Shown piece after piece: positions 11,306-20,432 of a stretch of DNA of 64,000 nt. Location: positions 43,014 through 107,013 of the forward strand of contig CAVVQA010000003.1 in assembly GCA_963750285.1 (NCBI GenBank). The letters run 5' to 3'. The translations under genes were made by a program, and so were the position numbers. This DNA comes from an uncultured Actinomycetota bacterium (GTDB lineage Bacteria; Actinomycetota; Actinomycetes; Actinomycetales; CAWJMD01). Position 1 is the stretch's first letter. Every line of letters begins with the position of its first letter. The notes beneath the pieces were generated by a model that made no database searches, had not been told where the DNA came from, and worked only from the letters and a program-made list of their open reading frames with translations.

Positions 11306-11422
11306 CCGGATCGGGGCGTCCGCCTCGTCAGCGAAGGGTCGCGGGTTCGATTCCTGTCACCGGCTCCGGATCGGGGCGTCCGCCTCGTCAGCGAAGGGTC
11401 GCGGGTTCGATTCCTGTCACCG
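11270..11422 (+). repeat. 60-bp tandem repeat (about 2.5 copies) derived from the tRNA-Thr gene
   Basis: Unit AGCGAAGGGTCGCGGGTTCGATTCCTGTCACCGGCTCCGGATCGGGGCGTCCGCCTCGTC at 11270 and 11330, partial at 11390. Confidence 0.95.
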
Positions 11423-11426
11423 ACCC

Positions 11427-11475
11427 TTGACGCAACCATTCGGTTGCTACTACCTTGATGCAACCAACAGGTTGC
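11427..11475 (+). promoter_or_regulatory. Promoter with two ArsR-type operators
   Basis: TTGACG-N18-TACCTT overlapped by GCAACC-N4-GGTTGC at 11432-11447 and 11460-11475. Confidence 0.7.
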
Positions 11476-11489
11476 GACAAGGAGTCGAC

Positions 11490-11924
11490 ATGACGTTCCC
11501 CGACACGATCGAACGGACCCTCGAGCTGGCCCAGCCGCCGGAGCGGGTCTGGGCCGCGCTCACCACGGCCGAGGGCCTCGGCACCTGGTTCGGGAACCGG
11601 GCCGAGGTCGACCTGCGGGTCGGCGGGGAGATCCGCCTCGCCTGGGACAGCGGCGACACCGCCACCCTGACCCTCGAGCGGCTCGAGCCGCCGACCGTCC
11701 TGACCTGGTCGTGGGCGATCTACGGCCTGCCCCAGGACGATCCGCGCCGGACCCGGGTCGAGTTCACGCTCGTCCCGACGAGCAGCGGGACGACCCTGAC
11801 GATGGTCGAGACGGGGTTCGCCCAGCTCCCGGAGGGCGAGCACGACGTCGCGTTCCGCGGCAACACCACCGGGTGGACGAACGAGCTCGGCGAGCTGGTG
11901 GCGTACCTCGATGCCGCGGCCTGA
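11490..11924 (+). CDS. SRPBCC/AHSA1-domain protein
   Basis: 'IERTLEL...PERVWAALT...DLRVGG...ETGF...GW'; RBS AGGAG. Confidence 0.85.
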   Translation: MTFPDTIERTLELAQPPERVWAALTTAEGLGTWFGNRAEVDLRVGGEIRLAWDSGDTATLTLERLEPPTVLTWSWAIYGLPQDDPRRTRVEFTLVPTSSGTTLTMVETGFAQLPEGEHDVAFRGNTTGWTNELGELVAYLDAAA

Positions 11925-12243
11925 CGCCGAAGCCGTCGCGCAGGAGGTCTTCACCGCCCTGGCCGACCCGACCCGGCGCAGCCTCCTGGCCGCGCTCGCG
12001 TCCGGCGGCCCCGCCACCGCCACCGACCTCGCGGCCCGGCTGCCGATCTCGCGCCAGGCCGTGGCGAAGCACCTCGTGCTGCTCGCCGAGACCGGTCTGG
12101 TGGTGGCCGAGCCGGGGGAGGGGCGCCGGGTGCGCTACCGGCTCGACTCCGCGCCGATGACGGTCGCGCAGCAGTTCCTCGCCGCGCTCGCGCGGGACTG
12201 GGACGGTCCGCTGGCCGCCCTGAAGCTCAGCCTGGACGGATGA
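11911..12243 (+). CDS. ArsR-family transcriptional regulator
   Basis: 'FTALADPTRR...ISRQAVAKHL...GRRVRY'. Confidence 0.88.
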   Translation: MPRPDAEAVAQEVFTALADPTRRSLLAALASGGPATATDLAARLPISRQAVAKHLVLLAETGLVVAEPGEGRRVRYRLDSAPMTVAQQFLAALARDWDGPLAALKLSLDG

Positions 12244-12274
12244 CCCCGTCCCCGAGATCCCTGGGAGACAGACG

Positions 12275-13003
12275 ATGACGACGAACCTGCCGGACGTGGT
12301 GTCACGCGAGGAGTGGCGCACCGCCCGCGCCGGGCTGCTGGCGGAGGAGAAGCGGCTGACGCGCGAGCGCGACCGGGTGAACGCGCAGCGCCGGCGCCTG
12401 CCGATGGTGCGGATCGAGGAGGACTACGTCTTCGACGGCCCGGACGGACCGGCGAGCCTGCTCGACCTGTTCGACGGGCGCGAGCAGCTCGTGGTGCACC
12501 ACTTCATGTTCGCGCCCGACTGGGACACCGCCTGCGCCAGCTGCTCGTCCGCCGCCGACGTGATCGGCGGGCTGCGCCAGCTGCACGCGCGGCGCACGAC
12601 CCTCGTGGCCGTCTCCCGCGCGCCCTACCCGAAGCTCGCCGCGTTCGGGGACCGGATGGGGTGGACCTTCCCCTGGTACTCCTCGTCCGGCAGCACCTTC
12701 AATGACGACTTCCACGCGACCCTCGACGACCGGGTCGTCCCGGTGGAGCTGCACCACCGCGGCGAGTCCGACCTGCGCGGCACCGAGGTGCCGGGCATCA
12801 GCGCGTTCCTGCGCGGCGGCGACGAGGTCTTCCACACCTACTCGACGTTCGGCCGCGGGATCGAGGAGTTCCACCACAACTACCCCTACCTCGACCTCAC
12901 CGCGCTGGGCCGGCAGGAGGTGTGGGAGGAGCCGGCCGGCCGCGCCGTCCCGCTCGGCCGCCAGGTCGGCGGCCCGGGCCTGCGTCTGCCGGACCTGTAC
13001 TGA
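12275..13003 (+). CDS. DUF899 thioredoxin-like protein
   Basis: 'EKRLTR...RRRLPMV...LFDGREQL...CASCS...VSRAP...LDLTALGRQE'. Confidence 0.85.
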   Translation: MTTNLPDVVSREEWRTARAGLLAEEKRLTRERDRVNAQRRRLPMVRIEEDYVFDGPDGPASLLDLFDGREQLVVHHFMFAPDWDTACASCSSAADVIGGLRQLHARRTTLVAVSRAPYPKLAAFGDRMGWTFPWYSSSGSTFNDDFHATLDDRVVPVELHHRGESDLRGTEVPGISAFLRGGDEVFHTYSTFGRGIEEFHHNYPYLDLTALGRQEVWEEPAGRAVPLGRQVGGPGLRLPDLY

Positions 13004-13223
13004 ATGGTCCGCTCTTGCGGCCGGCGCAGGGTGGTAGCGCCTTCCCTCCTCGGCTCCCTCGCTGGAGCTCGGATCGCTCATCGGTCAGTGCGCGACCGCG
13101 CCGGCCTTGCGAGCGGACCTGCCCGTCCGCACCCGCAGGGTCGGGAGGGACGAGCGAGAGGACGGTGGCCGATGGCCTTCACCCGTGGCTCCAGCGCCGG
13201 ACCGCGGCTCGGTCCCGCGTCCG

Positions 13224-13739
13224 GTGACCCGGTGGACGACCGGGCGGATCACCGGCAAGGACGTCCCGGGTCCGCGCCTGGTGCGGCTGCGACTGGCCCC
13301 GGGCGAGCACTCGCGCCACCTGCCGGGGCAGCTCGACGTCGTCCGGCTCCGGGCGCCCGACGGGTACACGGCGCAGCGCGCCTACTCGATCGCCTCGGAC
13401 CCCGACGACGACGAGCTGGAGCTGCTGGTCGAGCGGCTCGAGGACGGCGAGGTGTCCACGTTCCTCGCCGACGACGCCGAGGTCGGCGACGAGCTCGAGC
13501 TGCCGTACGCCGAGGAGCTGCGCGACCGGGGCGGAACGCTGGCGTTCACGCGGCACGCCCTGCCCGATCGCCCGGCCGGACCGCCCACGGCGGCCGAGGT
13601 CGCCGCCGTCGCGGACGGCGCCGGCCTCGCTTTCGTCTGCGGCTCAGCGCGTTTCGCGACCCTGGCGACCGGACTTCTGGCGGAGCACGGCTTCCCGGCC
13701 GCGAGCACCCGGATCGAGCAGTTCGGCCCCACCGGCTAG
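13224..13739 (+). pseudogene. Ferredoxin-NADP reductase-like FAD oxidoreductase, apparently with an internal in-frame deletion
   Basis: FAD-domain 'RAYSIAS', 'GEVS' and C-terminal 'VCGS', 'IEQFG' are present, but the GP..G / GGSGxxP NAD(P)-binding segment is absent. Confidence 0.65.
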
Positions 13740-13823
13740 GACGAGGCGTTGCGGCGGCGGGCCCGCCGTGATCGGCTGCACCCAGGCCTCCCCCGAGGCA
13801 CCTGACCCACCGAGGAGCACCGC

Positions 13824-15293
13824 GTGAGCGAGCCGACCCGCACCACCACCGCACCGGCCGAGGCACCCGACGGCGGGTACGACGTCGTCGTCATCGGCGG
13901 CGGCGCCGTGGGGGAGAACGTGGCGGGCCGGGTGGCCGCCGGCGGGCTCCGGACCGTGCTGGTGGAGCGGGAGCTCGTGGGCGGCGAGTGCTCCTACTGG
14001 GCCTGCATGCCGAGCAAGGCGCTGCTGCGTCCGACCCAGGGGATCGCGGAGGCGCAGCGGGTGGCCGGCGCCTCGCAGGCCGTCACCGGGACCGTCGACG
14101 TCGCCGCCGTGCTCGCCCGCCGCGACAAGGTGACCCACGGCTGGGACGACTCCAGCCAGGTCGACTGGGTGCGCTCGGCCGGCATCGACCTCGTGCGCGG
14201 CCGCGCCCGGGTGACCGGCGAGCGCGCCGTCGAGGTCACCTCGGACGACGGCACCGTGACGCTGCGGGCCGAGGTCGCGGTCGTGGTCTGCACCGGCTCC
14301 GAGCCCTCGGCGCCCGACCTGCCGGGCCTCGCCGACGTCGCGACCTGGTCGAGCCGCGACGCCACATCGGCGCAGGCGGTGCCGGAGTCGCTCTGCGTCC
14401 TCGGCGGCGGGGTGGTCGGTGTCGAGATGGCGCAGGCGTACTCGCGTCTCGGCAGCCGGGTCACGCTGGTCAGCCGCGGGCGGCTGCTCGCCCACGCCGA
14501 GCCCCGCGCCGCCGAGCTGGTCGCCACCGCGCTGCAGCAGGACGGCGTGGCGCTGCACCAGCACACCGAGGTGGCCTCCGTGGCAGCGGACGGCGACGAC
14601 GGCGCCGCGGTGGTCGAGCTCGCCGACGGCACCACCGTGCGCGCCGACCGCCTGCTCGTGGCGACCGGACGGCGGCCCGCCACCGGCGGCCTCGGCCTGG
14701 AGCAGTGGGGCTTCGGGGCGGGCCAGCCCGTGCGGGTCGACGACACCGGGCCTGGCGGAGGGCACCACGTGGCTCTACGCCGCTGGCGACGTCACCGGCC
14801 GGGCGCCGCTGACCCACCAGGGCAAGTACGCCGCGCGCGCCGTCGGCGCCGCCGTGCTGGCCCGCGCACCGCGGCGACCTCGGTGCGGACGAGGTGCCGG
14901 AGCGCTGGTCGCCCGAGGTCGCCTCCGCGGACGTCGGGGCGGTCCCGCAGGTGGTGTTCACCGACCCGCAGGTCGCCTGGGTCGGGCCAGGGCTCGAGCA
15001 GGCGCGGCAGGGCTACCCGGACCTGCGGGTGGTGGAGTACGACATCGCGAACGTGGCCGGGGCCTCGGTGCACGACGACGAGCTACACCGGCTGGGCGCA
15101 GATGCTGGTCGACGAGAGCCGGCAGGTGGTCGTCGGCGTCACGTTCGTCGGTCCCGACGTCGCCGAGCTGCTGCACTCCGCGACGGTCGCGGTCGTGGGC
15201 GAGGTGCCGCTGCACCGGCTCTGGCACGCCGTGCCGAGCTACCCGACGACGAGCGAGGTGTGGCTGCGCCTGCTCGAGACCTACGGCCTGTGA
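13824..15293 (+). CDS. Pyridine nucleotide-disulfide oxidoreductase (dihydrolipoamide dehydrogenase family); three apparent frameshifts near 14750, 14875 and 15080
   Basis: 'IGGG', '[13 protein letters not shown]', 'GGGVVGVE', 'ATGRRP', 'YAAGDV', 'HAVPSYPT' distributed over three frames. Confidence 0.85.
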   Translation: MSEPTRTTTAPAEAPDGGYDVVVIGGGAVGENVAGRVAAGGLRTVLVERELVGGECSYWACMPSKALLRPTQGIAEAQRVAGASQAVTGTVDVAAVLARRDKVTHGWDDSSQVDWVRSAGIDLVRGRARVTGERAVEVTSDDGTVTLRAEVAVVVCTGSEPSAPDLPGLADVATWSSRDATSAQAVPESLCVLGGGVVGVEMAQAYSRLGSRVTLVSRGRLLAHAEPRAAELVATALQQDGVALHQHTEVASVAADGDDGAAVVELADGTTVRADRLLVATGRRPATGGLGLEQWGFGAGQPVRVDDTGPGGGHHVALRRWRRHRPGAADPPGQVRRARRRRRRAGPRTAATSVRTRCRSAGRPRSPPRTSGRSRRWCSPTRRSPGSGQGSSRRGRATRTCGWWSTTSRTWPGPRCTTTSYTGWAQMLVDESRQVVVGVTFVGPDVAELLHSATVAVVGEVPLHRLWHAVPSYPTTSEVWLRLLETYGL

Positions 15294-15306
15294 AGGGTTC
15301 TCGGAC

Positions 15307-15708
15307 GTGACCCGCTACGTGATCGACCCGACGACCACGATCCGCCTGCTTCGCGACGGGGTCGAGGTCCCCGACGTCCACCGCCTCGTGGCCCCGGGAG
15401 CCCTGCGCTCGCAGGTGATGAGCATCCTGTTCCGCGAGGTGCGCGACGGCGCGACGACCGACGCAGAGGCGCGCGCCGTGCTCGACGGGCTCACCGTGAT
15501 GAAGGTCCGGCTGCTCAACGACCGGGTGAGCCGCGCCACGGCGTGGAAGGTCGCCACCGAGCAGGGCTGGGACGACACGGTCGACGCCGAGTACGTGGCG
15601 GTCACCCGGCTGCAGGCGGACGCCCTCGTCGCGGGTGACCAACACCTCGCCGCGAGGGCCGAGGGACTGGTGCCCCTGGCCGGCCTCGACGCCCTCGTCA
15701 CCCGCTGA
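15307..15708 (+). CDS. PIN-domain (VapC-like) protein
   Basis: 133 aa; 'YVID' N-terminal strand; 'DAEYVAVT...ALVAGD' C-terminal PIN pattern. Confidence 0.65.
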   Translation: MTRYVIDPTTTIRLLRDGVEVPDVHRLVAPGALRSQVMSILFREVRDGATTDAEARAVLDGLTVMKVRLLNDRVSRATAWKVATEQGWDDTVDAEYVAVTRLQADALVAGDQHLAARAEGLVPLAGLDALVTR

Positions 15709-15717
15709 CCGGCCCCC

Positions 15718-16575
15718 TCAGAGGTCGCGGCGCTGGAACGACAGGGCGGACAGCCCGAGGACGACGGCGATCCAGACCAGCACCCACGCGAGGTACGCAG
15801 GGGTGAGGCCGGCGACGCCGAGGAACGGGAAACCGCCTGCCTCGTCGCCCATCTGGGTGATCGCGAGCGGGTCCTGGAACGCGTGCATCGCGCCCCGCCA
15901 CAACCCGTCGGTCGGCAGGATCATCCGCGACACCGAGCCGACCGCGGCGACGGCGGCGTTGTCGAACGCGGCGCCGATGCCGCCGACGACTCCTGCGATC
16001 CAGGTGGCGCCGAACAGCCCGACCGCGACGATGCCGGACGCCATCGGCGAGATCACCGTCGACAGCAGGAGCCCGAGCGTGAGCAGGGTGGTGGTCTGGA
16101 GAGCCAGCAGGCCCAGGCCCGTCAGCGGGTCCGGTGGCCAGTAGCCGACGGTGACCCGGACGACCGCGAACTGCGCCAGGCCGGCGAGCAGGACGAAGCC
16201 GCTGCCGAACACGACCAGGCCGAGCCACTTGCCCACCAGGACCGCCGACCGCTTGACCGGGCGCGCCAGCACCGAGAGCACGAGACCGGACTCGACCTCG
16301 CCGGCCAGCGTCGGACCGGCCAGGAACGCGGTGCCGAGCGCCGCGATGAGGCTGAAGCCGAACATCACCAGGTTCAGCACGAACGAGGCGACGAAGCGGC
16401 CCTCGCCGCTGGTGAGGCCCTGCCCGTCGGGGTCGAGGGCCACCAGCTGGGAGAAGCCCCAGGCGCTCAGGGCGAGCAGCACGAGAGTGAGCCCCGCGAG
16501 CGCGCGGAGCACCTTGCGGCGCGAGGCCTCCCGGAGGGTGAGGGCCGCCATCGTCAGGACGGTGCGGACGGTCAC
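15718..16575 (-). CDS. ABC-2 type exporter permease
   Basis: Six TM helices; 'EVESGL...LARPVKRS.VLVGKW'; ends 'FQRRDL'. Confidence 0.85.
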   Translation of the reverse strand: MTVRTVLTMAALTLREASRRKVLRALAGLTLVLLALSAWGFSQLVALDPDGQGLTSGEGRFVASFVLNLVMFGFSLIAALGTAFLAGPTLAGEVESGLVLSVLARPVKRSAVLVGKWLGLVVFGSGFVLLAGLAQFAVVRVTVGYWPPDPLTGLGLLALQTTTLLTLGLLLSTVISPMASGIVAVGLFGATWIAGVVGGIGAAFDNAAVAAVGSVSRMILPTDGLWRGAMHAFQDPLAITQMGDEAGGFPFLGVAGLTPAYLAWVLVWIAVVLGLSALSFQRRDL

Positions 16576-17573
16576 GGGCGGTCCCCTCCCGCGCGCAGGA
16601 TGGCGAGCAACCGCTCCTCCAGGCTGACGTGACCCGGCTCGACGGAGTGCACCCGCACGCCGAGCCCGACCAGGTCGGCCACCAGCTCGGGCACGACGTC
16701 GCCGGTGACGAGACCGCCTGCGTCCGCGTCCTCCTCGAGGTCGGCCGGCAGGACCAGCGTCCAGACCTCGCCCTGGTGCGACACCTCGCCGTCCCGCTCC
16801 AGCCGTGCGCGCGCCGCCGCCCCGACGCCGTCGAGGCGCAGCTGCACCTCGCGCCGCCCGAGCAGCTCGGCGAGCGACCCGGACGCGGCCACCCGCCCGC
16901 GGTCGAGGATCACCACCCGGTCGCAGACCCGCTCGACCTCGCCGATGAGGTGCGAGTTGAGCAGCACGGCGACGCCACGGGCCTTGAGCGAGAGCACGAT
17001 GTCGCGCACGTCGGCCCGTCCGAGCGGGTCGAGCGCACTGGTGGGCTCGTCGAGCACGACGAGGTCGGGCCGGGCCACCAGCGCCACCGCCAGGCCGAGC
17101 CGCTGCTGCATGCCCTTGGAGAAGCCGCCCACGCGGTCGCCCGCGCGGTCGGCCAGACCCACGAGCGCGAGCGCGTCCTGCCGCTCGTCGGGCGGGACGT
17201 CGGCACCCGCGAGGCGCACGTGCAGGGTCAGCACCTCGGTCGGCGTGAGCCAGGGCTGGTAGCGGAACAGCTCCGGGAGGTAGCCCACCCGCTCGCGCGA
17301 GCGCGGGTCGGTCGACGGGCGGCCGAGCAGCAGCACCTCGCCCGCGTCCGGGCGCACGAGGCCGAGCAGCATCTTGATCACGCTCGTCTTGCCGGCGCCG
17401 TTGGGCCCGAGCAGGCCCACCACCTCGCCGCGTCGCACCGTCAGCGAGACGTCCTCGACCGCGGTCTGCCGGCCGTACCGCTTGCGCAGCCCCGAGCACC
17501 ACGCCGCGGCCGGCTCCGGCAGGTCGGCGAGGAGCTGGCGGGCGTCCTCGACCGATCCGGGCGCTCCGCTCAT
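16572..17573 (-). CDS. ABC exporter ATP-binding protein
   Basis: Walker A GPNGAGKT, signature FSKGMQQR, Walker B VVLDEPT. Confidence 0.92.
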   Translation of the reverse strand: MSGAPGSVEDARQLLADLPEPAAAWCSGLRKRYGRQTAVEDVSLTVRRGEVVGLLGPNGAGKTSVIKMLLGLVRPDAGEVLLLGRPSTDPRSRERVGYLPELFRYQPWLTPTEVLTLHVRLAGADVPPDERQDALALVGLADRAGDRVGGFSKGMQQRLGLAVALVARPDLVVLDEPTSALDPLGRADVRDIVLSLKARGVAVLLNSHLIGEVERVCDRVVILDRGRVAASGSLAELLGRREVQLRLDGVGAAARARLERDGEVSHQGEVWTLVLPADLEEDADAGGLVTGDVVPELVADLVGLGVRVHSVEPGHVSLEERLLAILRAGGDRP

Positions 17574-18668
17574 CGCAGCCCGCGGGCGACCGTCAGCACC
17601 TCGTCGGCGGAGAGCGACCCGGCCACCGCGGTGACCTCGCCGTCGCGGACCCAGACCACGCCGGCCATCGTCCCGTCGCGGGAGGTGATGACGGTGCCCT
17701 GCACGCCGTCGACGTCGGCCGTGGTGGTGCTCACCTGGCCGGCCGGCACGGGCAGCGGCAGCGTGCTGCCGTCGGAGGAGAAGTCGCGCAGCTGGTCGGC
17801 GAGGTCGGCGGGGATGCCGGGCACCGACAGCAGGTAGTCGCGGGCGGCGTCGAACGACAGACCGGACGAGAACGCCGTGGGGGCGACGGCGCGGGCGACC
17901 ACCAGGGCGGGCACGTCCTGCGAGCCCTGCCAGACCGTCGCCACACCGGGACCGGCGGTCAGCCGGAAGGTGTTGCCGTCCAGGCCGTCCGGCGGCGCGG
18001 GGAGCGTCTGCCCCGTCGCCGCGGCCGCCTGCGCGGCCTGCTCGGCGGAGAAGGTGAACTCGACGGTGGCGCGCCCGCCGACGGCGTACGACGGCTCGCC
18101 GGTGACGCCCCGGGGCAGGGCGGTGACCTCGGGCACGTCGAGGCCGGAGGCCTCGGCCGCCTCCGCGGCGTCGGCGACCTGGCGCACGTCGGGCTGCTCG
18201 GTGACCTCGACGTCGCCGTAGGCAGACAGGTCGGGCAGCTCGACGAGGTCGACGTCGGTGATCGACACCGCCGCGACCTGCTCGGTGGAGAACACCTGGA
18301 ACCAGTCGTTGGCCGCCGCGGTGCCCGCGCCGGCGAGCAGGGCGGCCGCGCCGACGACCGCCACGGCGGGGCTGCGCAGCACGGCGCGCCAGCGCCGCGG
18401 TCGCGTCGACGGCGGTGGGACGGCGGCGCCGCCCCGGTCGGTGCGGGCGAGCGTCGCGGACAGCCGTCGCCACGCGGTCTCCACGTCGGCGTCGCCGGCG
18501 CCAGGGCGCACCCCCGAGCGCGGCGTGCACGTGCTCGGCGTCGGCGCGGACGGCAGCGAGCGTCGTCAGGCAGTCGGGGCAGCCGGCGACGTGCCGGCGG
18601 TCGGCGTCGGCGACGCCCACGGGCTCGTCGACCAGGCGGCGCAGGGTGCCGTCAGTGGGATGACGCAT
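17570..18668 (-). CDS. Putative zinc-binding (ZAS-like) membrane anti-sigma factor; apparent frameshift near 18510
   Basis: N-terminal HxxxCxxC 'HVAGCPDC', one TM, extracytoplasmic domain; overlaps the ECF sigma stop. Confidence 0.72.
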
Positions 18669-19167
18669 GGCGGTCCATCTCCTCGCGTAGGGCGTTCTCG
18701 GCGCGTCGCACGGTCGTACCGACGCTCCCGGGGGACAGGTCGAGCGCGGCGGCGACCTCGGCGTAGCTGAGGCCGCTGTGCCGCAGGACGAGCGCGACGG
18801 CCTGGCGGTGGGGCAGCCGCGCCAGCGCGGCGCGCACGCGGCGCCGCTCGTCGAGGGCGAGGACGGTGTCGGCCACGTCGGGCACGACCCGCTCGGTGTG
18901 GACGGCCTCCTCGCGCGAGCTCCGTCGGCGTCCGGTGCGCAGGTGGTTGAGCGCGGTGTGGGCGGCGGCCACGGCGAGCCAGCCGCGGGCCTCCGCCGCC
19001 GGGACGGTGGTGCGTCCGAAGGCCACGAAGACCTCCTGCGCGACGTCCTCCGCCTCGTCCTGCGAGCCGAGGACCCGGGCCGCCACCGCGACGACCCGCG
19101 GGTAGGTGGCGCGGAACACCTGCTCGAGGTCGGCGCGCACCGCGTCGTGCCCCCTGGCAGCGCCCAC
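18652..19167 (-). CDS. ECF RNA polymerase sigma factor
   Basis: 'AEDVAQEVF', 'WL', region 4 'GLSYAEVAAALDLSPGSVGTTVRRA'. Confidence 0.88.
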   Translation of the reverse strand: MGAARGHDAVRADLEQVFRATYPRVVAVAARVLGSQDEAEDVAQEVFVAFGRTTVPAAEARGWLAVAAAHTALNHLRTGRRRSSREEAVHTERVVPDVADTVLALDERRRVRAALARLPHRQAVALVLRHSGLSYAEVAAALDLSPGSVGTTVRRAENALREEMDRHASSH

Positions 19168-19464
19168 GTGCGTCCCGTCCCTCCGCTCGACCCGCCCGGC
19201 GCCGCGCCGGGCCGCGGTCGGCGGGACGGGCAGCGCGACGACCGGTGCGTCCGCTCCTCGCCCGATGACGTCCACACCATCAGAGCACCGCTGACGCCCC
19301 GGATGTGACATCCGGGGTGAGGGTGCTGCGGGGGAATGGTGGAGGACGCCCACCGCGACGACGTCGGCCGCCCACGCACCCGGTGGCGGGAGTACCGTGG
19401 GCTGCTGGTCGCTCGGGGAGTGGGTCGTCCGACCTGCCACACGCGAGTCGAGCCTGTCCGGAGG

Positions 19465-20415
19465 ATGCCGGTGCGCACGAGCCGTCCCGCCGCAGGCGGC
19501 TACCGCCACGAGGCCCTGGTCTACCGCGGCGTCGACGAGTTCGTGGGCCGCGCCGCCGACTTCGTGCGCGACGGCCTCGCCGGCGGCGAGCCGGTCATGG
19601 TGGCCGTGGCGGCACCCCGGCTGGAGCTGCTGCGCGACGCGCTCGGCCGAGATGCCGACCGGGTGGATCTGGCCGACATGGCTGAGCTGGGGGCCAACCC
19701 GGCGCGGATCATCCCCGCGTGGCAGGACTTCGTGTCCGCTCACGCCGGGTCCGGACGGCGGGTGCGGGGCATCGGCGAGCCGATCTGGGCCGGCCGTGGC
19801 GCGGAGGAGATCGAGGAGTCGCAGCTCCACGAGGCGCTGCTCAACCTGGCGATCGACCCCGACACCCCGCTGTGGCTGCTGTGCCCCTACGACGCCGACG
19901 CACTCCCGGCGGAGGTGCTGGAGGAGGCGTCCTGCAGCCATCCCGCCGTCGTGCAGGACGGCGACCTGCGTGGCAGCAGGAGCTATGGCGGGGTCCATCA
20001 CGCGACGGCCATCTTCTCGGCGCCGCTGCCCGACCCCCCGCCCGGAGCCGTCGAGGTGGCCTTCGGGCGGGACGACCTCGCCCGCGTCCGGCGCACCGTG
20101 GTCGACCTCGCGGCCGCTGCGGGTCTGGACGAGGAGCGCGCCGCCGACCTCGCTCTGGTGGCGACCGAGCTCGCGACGAACAGCGTCCGGCACGGAGGCG
20201 GAGGCGGTGTGCTGCGGTGGTGGGAGCAGCCCGGGTCGCTCGTCGTCGAGGTGCGCGACGCGGGCCGGATCCACGACCTGCTCGTCGGGCGCCGCCGTCC
20301 GGAGCCGGGCGCGCCGGGCGGCCGAGGGGTCTGGCTCGCCCACCAGCTCACCGACCTGGTCCGGATCCGGTCGACGGACGACGGGGTCGTCGTCCGGGTG
20401 CTCGCGCACCGCTGA
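19465..20415 (+). CDS. MEDS sensor domain fused to RsbW-type HATPase (anti-sigma kinase)
   Basis: 'YRHEALVY', 'NPARIIPAW', 'LLCPYD'; C-terminal 'ELATNSVRHG', 'DAG', 'GRGVWL'. Confidence 0.8.
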   Translation: MPVRTSRPAAGGYRHEALVYRGVDEFVGRAADFVRDGLAGGEPVMVAVAAPRLELLRDALGRDADRVDLADMAELGANPARIIPAWQDFVSAHAGSGRRVRGIGEPIWAGRGAEEIEESQLHEALLNLAIDPDTPLWLLCPYDADALPAEVLEEASCSHPAVVQDGDLRGSRSYGGVHHATAIFSAPLPDPPPGAVEVAFGRDDLARVRRTVVDLAAAAGLDEERAADLALVATELATNSVRHGGGGGVLRWWEQPGSLVVEVRDAGRIHDLLVGRRRPEPGAPGGRGVWLAHQLTDLVRIRSTDDGVVVRVLAHR

Positions 20416-20432
20416 CCGCCGAGGCGGGCCGG

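Noticed and set aside
11270-11422. CRISPR array, or attL/attR of an integrated island
   Set aside because: The spacers are identical and tRNA-derived; no cas or integrase gene and no distant second tRNA fragment were seen in the window.
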